Virus record (IMG/VR): IMGVR_UViG_3300025288_000107
Span: 1 to 25,099 of that record
Direction: 5' to 3' (one strand)
Origin: a virus
Taxonomy: Duplodnaviria; Caudoviricetes
Length of the DNA stretch: 25,099 nt
Every line of letters begins with the position of its first letter. Positions within the stretch are counted from its first letter, which is position 1. Below the pieces are notes generated by a model. That model was not told the origin of the DNA. It ran no database searches and saw only the letters and a list, made by a program, of their open reading frames with translations. The position numbers and the translations under genes were made by a program. Positions 7,732-14,857 of this stretch are shown in pieces.

Positions 7732-7760
7732 AATATAGGACAACGCTGTGAGGATGTCAA
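7732..7760 (-). promoter_or_regulatory. Sigma70-type promoter (minus strand)
   Basis: TTGACA (7760-7755), 17 nt, TATATT (7737-7732). Confidence 0.75.
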
Positions 7761-7784
7761 GAAAGGAACGGCCATGTGCCCGCC

Positions 7785-7931
7785 ATGTAGGTTGGGCACC
7801 CCGTGCCCAACAAATCAAAATCAAAGGGGCCTGGGGCACATTAAATACCATTCGGGGAAAAGCCATGTAGGTCGGGCACCCCGTGCCCGACAAACCCGAA
7901 ATTTGTCGGGCACGGGGTGCCCGACCTACAT
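7785..7931. repeat. REP cluster: single REP (7785-7811) plus REPIN (7865-7931)
   Basis: ATGTAGGTTGGGCACCCCGTGCCCAAC, then ATGTAGGTCGGGCACCCCGTGCCCGAC...GTCGGGCACGGGGTGCCCGACCTACAT. Confidence 0.9.
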
Positions 7932-7992
7932 TTGATCGCACCCGGGGAAAAGAATGTGAGCCTGGCCCCTTTGATCTTTTATGGAGAACGAC

Positions 7993-8448
7993 ATGACCAT
8001 GACCATCGCCATCGAAATCGACAGCCGCAGCGTCATGGACGCGCTGAACGAACTGCTGCACCGCGGCCAGGACATGCGCCCGGTGATGGACGCCATCGGC
8101 CTGCGCATGGTGGAACGGGTGCAAGGCCGTTTCGAAACCGAGACCGACCCCAACGGCCACGCCTGGTCGCCGTGGAAACCGTCCACGGTCAAAGGCTACC
8201 CAAAAGACGGCAACGGCACCCTGCTCGACCGCTACGGAGACATGCTGAACAGCCTCAACCACCATGCCGATGCCAACAGCGTCACCGTGGGTTTCGGCGT
8301 GCTCTACGCCGGGTATCACGAATTCGGCACCCGCAAGATGGTGCGCCGTGGCATGTTGTTCGGCGACCCCGAAGCGCATACACTGGGAACCGATGACGAG
8401 GCGAGCGTTCTCGACCTGATCCACGGATATTTCGCGCAAGCGACCTAA
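7993..8448 (+). CDS. Mu gpG-like virion morphogenesis / tail completion protein
   Basis: RFETETDPNGHAWSP, YAGYHEFG, RRGMLF motifs. GGAG at 7983 favours ATG 7993 or 7999. Confidence 0.9.
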   Translation: MTMTIAIEIDSRSVMDALNELLHRGQDMRPVMDAIGLRMVERVQGRFETETDPNGHAWSPWKPSTVKGYPKDGNGTLLDRYGDMLNSLNHHADANSVTVGFGVLYAGYHEFGTRKMVRRGMLFGDPEAHTLGTDDEASVLDLIHGYFAQAT

Positions 8449-8576
8449 AGAACCGACCGAACCCCGTTCAAATCCGCGTTAAACGGGCATCGTATCGCGT
8501 TAAACATTTTCAAATAGCCAAAGACCGCGATCAAAAAAACGGACGCAAGGAACACCCCTTAAAATCATTTTGCGTT
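8449..8576. other. Candidate strong gyrase site (SGS) between G and I
   Basis: Non-coding, AT-richer stretch with recurrent GTTCAAA/GTTAAAC blocks alternating with GC blocks. Same position as the Mu SGS. Confidence 0.5.
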
Positions 8577-8654
8577 AGCCATGTAGGTTGGGCACCCCGT
8601 GCCCAACAAATAAATTTGGGTTTGTCGGGCACGGGGTGCCCAACCTACATGGCT
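8577..8654. repeat. REPIN-like element 4
   Basis: AGCCATGTAGGTTGGGCACCCCGTGCCCAAC-16 nt-GTCGGGCACGGGGTGCCCAACCTACATGGCT. Confidence 0.9.
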
Positions 8655-8664
8655 GGCGGCCAGG

Positions 8665-8710
8665 GCGGAACCCCCTCCGCCTTAACCCCCACCCCGCCAT
8701 CCCGCATCAT
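8665..8710 (+). promoter_or_regulatory. Putative Mor/C-activated late promoter of the head-tail operon (PI-like)
   Basis: Dyad GCGGA-N6-TCCGC (8665-8680), 24-nt spacer, -10-like CATCAT (8705-8710). Confidence 0.7.
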
Positions 8711-8717
8711 TGCGGTC

Positions 8718-9713
8718 ATGGCAAACGACCCACTCCAAGCTACCCACGCAATGGCACTCCCCGCCGGCCCCGCGCCGGAGTGGGTGCATCTGATCCCCGC
8801 CGGGACGTTCTCCGGCCGTGACGACCGCGGCCCTTACCGGGCCAACCCTCAATCCGTGATCGCCGCTTTTGCCGCCTGGGGCATGCCGGTCGCCATCGAC
8901 TACGAGCACCAGGGCATCAACGCCGCCGATAACGGCCAGCCCGCGCCCGCCGCCGGCTGGATCAAGGAGCTGCAAGCCCGCGACGATGGCCTGTGGGGCA
9001 AGGTCGACTGGACGGCCAAAGCCGCCGCCATGATCGCGGAACAGGAATACAAATACCTCTCTCCCGTTTTCGACCACACCAAGGACGGCGGCATCCTCCG
9101 CCTCACCGGCTGCGGTCTCACCAACAACCCTAATCTTTTCTTAACCGCGCTGGCCCGCCGGTCGGCGCATTCCCAGGAGATCATCGCTATGGATTTGCTC
9201 GCCAGTCTCATCAAAACGTTCGATTTACCCGGCGCCGCCACCCCCGAAGAGGTGCTGGCAAAGGTACAGGATGCGGTGGATGGCTCTGCCGCCGACGCTG
9301 TCCCCGTCGCCCAGATGCGCAAGGCGCTCGGCCTGGCCGACGATGCCGCGCTGGCAATCGTGGCATCGTCCATGCAGGCCCGCATCAAATCTGCCGAGCC
9401 CGATCCGGGCCAATATGTGCCACGCGCCGAATTCGAGCGCGTCGCGCAGTCGCTGTCCGGCATCCAGGCCGACCGCGCCGCAGAGATCGCCGACCGCCTG
9501 GTGAGGGAGGCGATGACGGCGGGCAAAGTCAGCCCCGGCCTGGAGGCCTGGGCGCGCAGCTATTGCAGCCGCGACCGCGCCGGTTTCGAAAAATATCTGG
9601 AAACCGCCCCGGCCATCGTCGATGGCCATGCCCGGATGCCAGCGTCCCCGCCCAAGACCGGCGAGGAAAACCCGCTGCTCAAAAACGCCCGCGCCCGCGC
9701 CGCGAAGAAATAA
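8718..9713 (+). CDS. Mu gpI-like prohead protease/scaffold
   Basis: PEWVHLIPAG, IDYEHQ, APAAGWI, EYKYLSPVF, LTNNPNL. The start is placed at ATG 8718 because the ORF-track extension runs through the REPIN. Confidence 0.92.
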   Translation: MANDPLQATHAMALPAGPAPEWVHLIPAGTFSGRDDRGPYRANPQSVIAAFAAWGMPVAIDYEHQGINAADNGQPAPAAGWIKELQARDDGLWGKVDWTAKAAAMIAEQEYKYLSPVFDHTKDGGILRLTGCGLTNNPNLFLTALARRSAHSQEIIAMDLLASLIKTFDLPGAATPEEVLAKVQDAVDGSAADAVPVAQMRKALGLADDAALAIVASSMQARIKSAEPDPGQYVPRAEFERVAQSLSGIQADRAAEIADRLVREAMTAGKVSPGLEAWARSYCSRDRAGFEKYLETAPAIVDGHARMPASPPKTGEENPLLKNARARAAKK

Positions 9714-9740
9714 ATGTAGGTCGGGCACTCCGTGCCCGAC
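9714..9740 (+). repeat. Single REP
   Basis: ATGTAGGTCGGGCACTCCGTGCCCGAC right after the gpI stop. Confidence 0.85.
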
Positions 9741-9769
9741 AAACCCAACCCACAAAAGGAGCCATTAAA

Positions 9770-10147
9770 ATGCCCAACGCCACCCAACCCGCCCGCATCG
9801 GCGACCTCATCAAGTACGAAGAGGCCGAGACCCTTTACAGCCGCGACGCCATCACCCTCGCCAGCGGCAACAACCTCGCCCTGGGCGCCGTCCTCGGCAT
9901 CGTCACCGCCAGCGGCAAATACGCCGAATTCGATCCTGCCGCCGTTAACGGCAGCGAGGTCGCCGCCGCCGTGCTGGTCGCCGCCACCGACGCCACCTCT
10001 GCCGACGTGGCCGCCGTGGCGCTGAAACGCCATTGCGTGGTGTCTAAAAATGCCCTGGTCTGGAAAACCGGAGCCACCGCCCCGCAGATTCTGGCCGCGC
10101 TGGCCACCCTGGAAGCCAAGGGCATCGTGGCGCGCGACGCCGCTTAA
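9770..10147 (+). CDS. Head decoration protein (lambda gpD-like family)
   Basis: AAGGAG RBS. GDLIKYEE...YSRDAITL...GAVLG...DGSE-like (NGSEVAAAVL)...LEAKGIVAR. Confidence 0.85.
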   Translation: MPNATQPARIGDLIKYEEAETLYSRDAITLASGNNLALGAVLGIVTASGKYAEFDPAAVNGSEVAAAVLVAATDATSADVAAVALKRHCVVSKNALVWKTGATAPQILAALATLEAKGIVARDAA

Positions 10148-10184
10148 GCCCGCTCCCACAAAAAACATTCTCAAGGAGAAAGAC

Positions 10185-11192
10185 ATGCAAGACATTTTTA
10201 ACGATCCGGCCTTCAACATGGCCAACCTCACCGCCTCCATCAACATCCTGCCCAACCTTTATGGCCGGGTCGGCGAGATGGGCCTGTTCGCGGTCAAACC
10301 GATCACGGCGCGCTCGGTCATCATCGAAGAGAAGCACGGCACCCTCAACCTGCTGCAAAGCAAGCCGCTAGGCTCTCCCGGCACGGTAGACGATCACGGC
10401 GCGCGCACCGTGCGCAGCTTCGTGGTGCCGCACATCCCGCACGATGACATCGTCCTGCCCGGCGACGTGGCCGGTATCCGCGCCTTCGGTTCCGAAACCG
10501 AACTGGAGACCGTGTCCAGCATCGTCAACGATCGCCTCCAGACCATGAAAAACAAGCACGATATCACCCACGAATGGCACCGCATGGGCGCGCTCAAGGG
10601 GCAGATTCTGGACGCCGACGGCTCCATGATCTACGACCTGTACAGCGAGTTCGGCATCACCAAGAAAACCGTCAATTTCTCGCTGGGCACCGCCACCACC
10701 GACGTCAAGGCCAAGTGCCTGGCAGTCAAACGGCACATCCAGAAGAACCTGATGGGAGAGCTGATGAAGAGCGTCAGGGTGCTGGTGAGCGAGGAATTCT
10801 TCGACGCCCTGACCAGCCACGCCAACGTGGAAAAAGCCTTCGCCAACTGGCAGGAAGCGCAGAACCGCCTGGGCGGGGACATGCGCACCGGCTTCGACTT
10901 CGGCGGCCTGACCTTCGAGGAATACGCGGGCGAGGCCACCGACAGCGCCGGAACCCTGCGCCGCTTCATCGCCGCCGGATCGGGTCACGCCTTCCCCGAA
11001 GGCACCGGCGTCACGTTCCACCAGTACGCCGCGCCCGCCGACTTCAACGAAACCGTCAACACCCTGGGCCAGGTCTACTACGCCAAACAAGAGCCCCGCG
11101 ACATGGGCCGCGGCACCAACATCCACACCCAGTCCAACCCGCTGGCGCTATGTCTGCGCCCCGGCGTCCTGGTCGAGTGTACGGCGGCATAA
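10185..11192 (+). CDS. Major capsid protein (lambda gpE-like family)
   Basis: AAGGAG RBS. LTASINILPN, PHIPHDD, THEWHRMGALKG, APADFNETVNTLG, QSNPLALCLRP. Confidence 0.92.
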   Translation: MQDIFNDPAFNMANLTASINILPNLYGRVGEMGLFAVKPITARSVIIEEKHGTLNLLQSKPLGSPGTVDDHGARTVRSFVVPHIPHDDIVLPGDVAGIRAFGSETELETVSSIVNDRLQTMKNKHDITHEWHRMGALKGQILDADGSMIYDLYSEFGITKKTVNFSLGTATTDVKAKCLAVKRHIQKNLMGELMKSVRVLVSEEFFDALTSHANVEKAFANWQEAQNRLGGDMRTGFDFGGLTFEEYAGEATDSAGTLRRFIAAGSGHAFPEGTGVTFHQYAAPADFNETVNTLGQVYYAKQEPRDMGRGTNIHTQSNPLALCLRPGVLVECTAA

Positions 11193-11193
11193 C

Positions 11194-11613
11194 ATGCCCT
11201 ACGCCACACTGACCGGCCTGGTTGCCCGCTACGGCGAGGATGAACTGGTGCAGCTCACCGATTCCAACCGCTCCGGCGCCATCGATGCCGCCGCGCTGGA
11301 ACAGCCCATCGCCGACGCGGATAGCGAGATCGACAGCTATCTGGCGGTGCGCTACAGCCTGCCGCTGCCAACCACGCCTACGGCGCTGGCGCGTATCGCA
11401 TGCGACATCACCCGCTTCCGGCTCTATGACGACCAGGCGCCCAATGAGGTGCGCAAACGCTACGAGGATGCGGTCAAGTGGCTGGAGGCCGTGGCGAAAG
11501 GAGCGAGGAGCCTTGGCCTGCCGCCCGCCGAAGTGCCGCAGGCCACTGGCGCGGTGGCGGCTTTTGCGGGTGAGGCGAGGCGCTGCTCGCGCGCCTCGCT
11601 GGAGGATTACTGA
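11194..11613 (+). CDS. Head-tail connector, Mu gp36 / DUF1320 family
   Basis: YAT...RYGEDELVQLTD, EIDSYLAVRYSLPL, ACDITRFRLY, RYEDAVKWL. Confidence 0.9.
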   Translation: MPYATLTGLVARYGEDELVQLTDSNRSGAIDAAALEQPIADADSEIDSYLAVRYSLPLPTTPTALARIACDITRFRLYDDQAPNEVRKRYEDAVKWLEAVAKGARSLGLPPAEVPQATGAVAAFAGEARRCSRASLEDY

Positions 11614-12059
11614 TGCAGAACCACCTCGCCCTGGAACCCCTGCTGATCGATCGGCTTAAAAGCGCCGTGCCGGAATTCCGCGCCGTGCCCGGCATGGCCG
11701 ATCTGGCCGCGATGCAGGAATCGGGCCAGCCGACGCCTGCCGCTCATGTGATCTACCAGGGCGACACGCTGCCCTCCGGCAACAACGCCGGCCAGGGCTC
11801 CGCCCAGATGGTGGCGCAGACCTGGATGGTCGTGGTGGCAGTGCGCACCGCGCGCGACACGCGCGGCGGATCGGACGCCAGGGAAGATGCCGGCCCTTTG
11901 ATAACCGGCGTCATCCGGGCGCTATCCGGCTGGATGCCCGGACCGGGATTCATCCCGATGCGGCGAGTTAACGCGCCAAAACCCGGATTTAACGCGGGCT
12001 TCGGTTACTTCCCGCTGGCTTTTGAAACCCGGTTCGTCACCAATGGAGCCACCTTATGA
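11613..12059 (+). CDS. Tail terminator, gp37-like
   Basis: PAAHVIYQGD, QTWMVVVAV, ALSGWMP, YFPLAF. Lies between the connector and the tail tube. Confidence 0.75.
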   Translation: MQNHLALEPLLIDRLKSAVPEFRAVPGMADLAAMQESGQPTPAAHVIYQGDTLPSGNNAGQGSAQMVAQTWMVVVAVRTARDTRGGSDAREDAGPLITGVIRALSGWMPGPGFIPMRRVNAPKPGFNAGFGYFPLAFETRFVTNGATL

Positions 12060-12223
12060 AAATCAAACTGCTCAAACCCCACACCCACGCCGGACGCGAC
12101 TACCCGGCTGGCGCCGTGATCGAAGTGGACAAGGCCGCCGCCGAATGGCTGATCGCCGCCGGAATCGCCGAAGCCGCGTCAAAAAAGCGCGGGGAAGCCG
12201 CACAAAACAACACTGATAACTGA
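12056..12223 (+). CDS. Small conserved phage protein (55 aa)
   Basis: MKIKLLKPHTHAGRDYPAGAVIEVDKAAAEWLIAAGIA... GGAG RBS and ATGA coupling. Not in the ORF track. Confidence 0.8.
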   Translation: MKIKLLKPHTHAGRDYPAGAVIEVDKAAAEWLIAAGIAEAASKKRGEAAQNNTDN

Positions 12224-12241
12224 TAACTGAAAGGAATAGCC

Positions 12242-12985
12242 ATGTATTTCGTCGGACAAGGAAAAGTATTCATTGGCAGCCGCGACAATCTCGGTAACCC
12301 GGAAGCGCTGCGCTTCGTCGGCAACGTGCCCAGCCTCAAGTTCTCGCTCAAAACGGAAGTGATCGAGCACAAGGAAAGCACCACCGGCCAGCGCGCCACC
12401 GATGCGCGGATCGTCAAGGGCAAGAGCGCGGATTTCAGCTGCTCGCTGGAGGATTTCAGCCAGGAGAACCTGGCCCTGGTGCTGTATGGCTCCAGCAGCC
12501 AGATCGCATCGGGCACGGTGACCGCCGAGGCGTTCCCTGTCGGCCTGGCCGCGGGCGATTTCGTCGCCCTCAAGGGTCAGGCCGTTACCAGCGTGGTCAT
12601 CAAGGATTCCGCCGCCACCCCGGCCACCCTGGTGGCGGGCACGGACTACGAGCTTAACGCCGATCACGGCTCAGTGCGCATCCTCAACGCCGGTACCTAC
12701 GTCCAGCCCTTCACCGCAGACTACAGCCGGGGCGCCGTTACCACCATCAACATGCTGACCCAGCCACTGCCCGAGCGCTTCGTGCGTTTCGAGGGGCTGA
12801 ACATCGCCGACAGCAACAAGGCGGTGCTGATCGAGCTCTACCGCGTTGCCGTGGATCCGCTCAAGGAGCTGGCCATGATCGGAGAAGCCGCTGCCAGCTT
12901 CGACTTGAGCGGTTCGGTCATGATCGATGCGCTCAAGGCGGGCGACCCGGTGCTGGGGCAGTTTGGCCGTATCGTGCAGATTTAA
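12242..12985 (+). CDS. Major tail tube protein
   Basis: YFVGQGKVFIG, FVGNV, EHKESTTGQR, ENLALVLYG, RFEGLN. Position and size fit. Confidence 0.85.
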   Translation: MYFVGQGKVFIGSRDNLGNPEALRFVGNVPSLKFSLKTEVIEHKESTTGQRATDARIVKGKSADFSCSLEDFSQENLALVLYGSSSQIASGTVTAEAFPVGLAAGDFVALKGQAVTSVVIKDSAATPATLVAGTDYELNADHGSVRILNAGTYVQPFTADYSRGAVTTINMLTQPLPERFVRFEGLNIADSNKAVLIELYRVAVDPLKELAMIGEAAASFDLSGSVMIDALKAGDPVLGQFGRIVQI

Positions 12986-12988
12986 CCC

Positions 12989-13315
12989 ATGACCGCCGCG
13001 CGCAAAGATATCATCTCCGACCACGGCGAAACGCGCCCTTGGCGATTGGTTTACCGCCAGGGCAGGGGTCTCCCTCCGGTCGACCTGACCGGTGGCGCGG
13101 CACTGTTTTCGATTAACGACCGGCTCGGCGCGGAAGTGGTTCTGTCGACGGATAATGGCGGGATACTCCCCCTGGGCGCGGACGGCGCCATCTGCGTCCA
13201 GACCGCCCATGCGCTTTATGCCGCCATGCCTCCGGGCGAATACAGCTATCGCTTGAGCGTGACATTAGCCGGTGAAATTCGCTTCCTGGCACGAGGGAAG
13301 TGGGTCATCCGCTGA
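12989..13315 (+). CDS. Hypothetical beta-rich tail accessory protein
   Basis: PVDLTG...LSTDNGGI...YRL...GKW pattern typical of small baseplate-upper-like proteins. Coupled to neighbours. Confidence 0.65.
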   Translation: MTAARKDIISDHGETRPWRLVYRQGRGLPPVDLTGGAALFSINDRLGAEVVLSTDNGGILPLGADGAICVQTAHALYAAMPPGEYSYRLSVTLAGEIRFLARGKWVIR

Positions 13316-13749
13316 TGGAAATATTGGTGGTAAACGGCGAGATCGAGGTGCTGGACGTCGCCTCGCAGGGCCCGCCGGGCCCGCCGGGCCCGCCGGGATC
13401 TCCAGGTAGCGGGAGCAAAGGGTTTTCGGTCAACTCAAAAAGTACGGCATACACCACTACCGCCGCGGATTTCGTTGTGGATACGATGCTGCTTCACCCC
13501 ACCGCCGATACGGCGGCCAGGGTGTACACCATCGCCAGCCAGGCCAGTGTCCCGCTCGCAGCAGGCGCTGCAATAGCGATCATCAACCAGCACGGCGCAG
13601 GGGCTATTACCATTGCAGCGACCACCCAGACATTGCGCTGGGTGGGCGGCGGGGTGACCGGCAACCGCACATTGGCAGCCGATAGCTCATGCGTGCTGAT
13701 CTGGATGGGCGACGAATGGCAGATCAGCGGATCGGTTGGGCTGACATGA
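13315..13749 (+). CDS. Putative tail fibre/adhesin subunit with short collagen-like repeat
   Basis: QGPPGPPGPPGSPG encoded by a 9-bp tandem (GGGCCCGCC), followed by a beta-rich domain ending WQISGSVGLT. Confidence 0.7.
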   Translation: MEILVVNGEIEVLDVASQGPPGPPGPPGSPGSGSKGFSVNSKSTAYTTTAADFVVDTMLLHPTADTAARVYTIASQASVPLAAGAAIAIINQHGAGAITIAATTQTLRWVGGGVTGNRTLAADSSCVLIWMGDEWQISGSVGLT

Positions 13750-14225
13750 TCCTCGCCTTATTGGCGACCTACGGGGTGACCGCAGCGCCGCCCACCGGGC
13801 ACCGGTACTGGCGCTTCCGGGCAACATCGGACTGCTGGTATTTAGATGGGGATTACCAAGCTAGTCTAAGCTCGATCAGCCTTTTTGCGTCACCAGATGC
13901 GACAGGGGTAGACCTGGCGCTGGGAAAAACAGCCACAGCCTCATCGTCTGCGGGTCCCTCTTATGACGCGGAAGCTGCTGTCGATGGCCTATCCCAAACG
14001 TTCTGGCATAACAATTCTGGCATGTTAACCCCCGCATGGCTCATGGTTGATCTAGGCGCCAATGCGGATATCCACTCCATGCAGATACAGAGCCAGTATG
14101 GCTCTGGGTATGAACAACCAGCAACGTTCGTCCTCGAATATTCTGACAATGGCGCCACGTTTACGGTACAAAATTCGCTTGCTACCTCGTTGACTACAAA
14201 TCTCCAGTCGTTCACCAATTTGTGA
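13746..14225 (+). CDS. Discoidin (F5/8 type C) carbohydrate-binding domain protein
   Basis: HRYWR, LALGKTATASS, AAVDG...FWH, WLMVDLG, FVLEYSDNG. Confidence 0.85.
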   Translation: MILALLATYGVTAAPPTGHRYWRFRATSDCWYLDGDYQASLSSISLFASPDATGVDLALGKTATASSSAGPSYDAEAAVDGLSQTFWHNNSGMLTPAWLMVDLGANADIHSMQIQSQYGSGYEQPATFVLEYSDNGATFTVQNSLATSLTTNLQSFTNL

Positions 14226-14857
14226 TGGGTCTACAAATGCAATTCTGCCAATTAAATTTAGAGGGAGCCTGGCTCCGCGATCTACCCGACGAGGTTATCG
14301 AGTTCGGTTACGCTCACAAATGCAAACCATCGGCATTGACGCCAGAAGAGGCTTCCCGGTTCCTCATTGTGGCGCTGACCGATACACCACCGCCGGACTA
14401 TAACCCGATCACGCAGACCTGTCAGCGTGACGGGGCGGAACAGGTAGGAGGGGTATGGAAATACAAATGGCGGGTGAACGATCTCGATGCGGCTGCGGCG
14501 GAACGGAACAGAATTGCCGCCGCTGATTCGAAGTGGCAAGAGATAAAAGCCGAGCGCAACCGTAGAAAATTCAACGGTGTACTTGTGTCCGGGAAGTGGA
14601 TACATTCCGACACATTCTCCCGCACCCAATGGCTGGGGATGCTGATGATGGGCGCGGACCTCCCGGCGATTGAATGGATCACGCGGGATGGCTCGATCAT
14701 CACCACCACTCCGGCGCTTGCCAGCGGAGTGCTTCAGGCTGTGGCAGTGATGGATGCCACGGTGTTCGCGGTGGCCGCGGCGCACGATACGGCAATGAGG
14801 GCGGCGGGCAGACCGGACCTGTACGATTTTAGCGCCGGGTGGCCGGTGACGTTTTGA
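14225..14857 (+). CDS. DUF4376-like tail fibre assembly protein
   Basis: PPPDYNPITQ, KWQEIKAERNRRKFNGV..GKWIHSD..SRTQW, YDFSAGWP. Confidence 0.75.
   Translation: MGLQMQFCQLNLEGAWLRDLPDEVIEFGYAHKCKPSALTPEEASRFLIVALTDTPPPDYNPITQTCQRDGAEQVGGVWKYKWRVNDLDAAAAERNRIAAADSKWQEIKAERNRRKFNGVLVSGKWIHSDTFSRTQWLGMLMMGADLPAIEWITRDGSIITTTPALASGVLQAVAVMDATVFAVAAAHDTAMRAAGRPDLYDFSAGWPVTF

Noticed and set aside
7720-8439. Minus-strand 239-aa ORF or 7917-8396 as a protein immunity gene for the MuF toxin
   Set aside because: Both overlap gpG and run through REP sequence, and neither looks like a protein.
8588-8717. ORF-track N-terminal extension of gpI and other ORFs containing GTGCPTY/GHGVPNL peptides
   Set aside because: These peptides are translations of the REP sequence, not real coding regions.
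364-9740. Palindromic ~27-bp repeats as a CRISPR array
   Set aside because: Copies are dispersed and inverted, without regular unique spacers, and no cas genes are present. They fit REP/REPIN.
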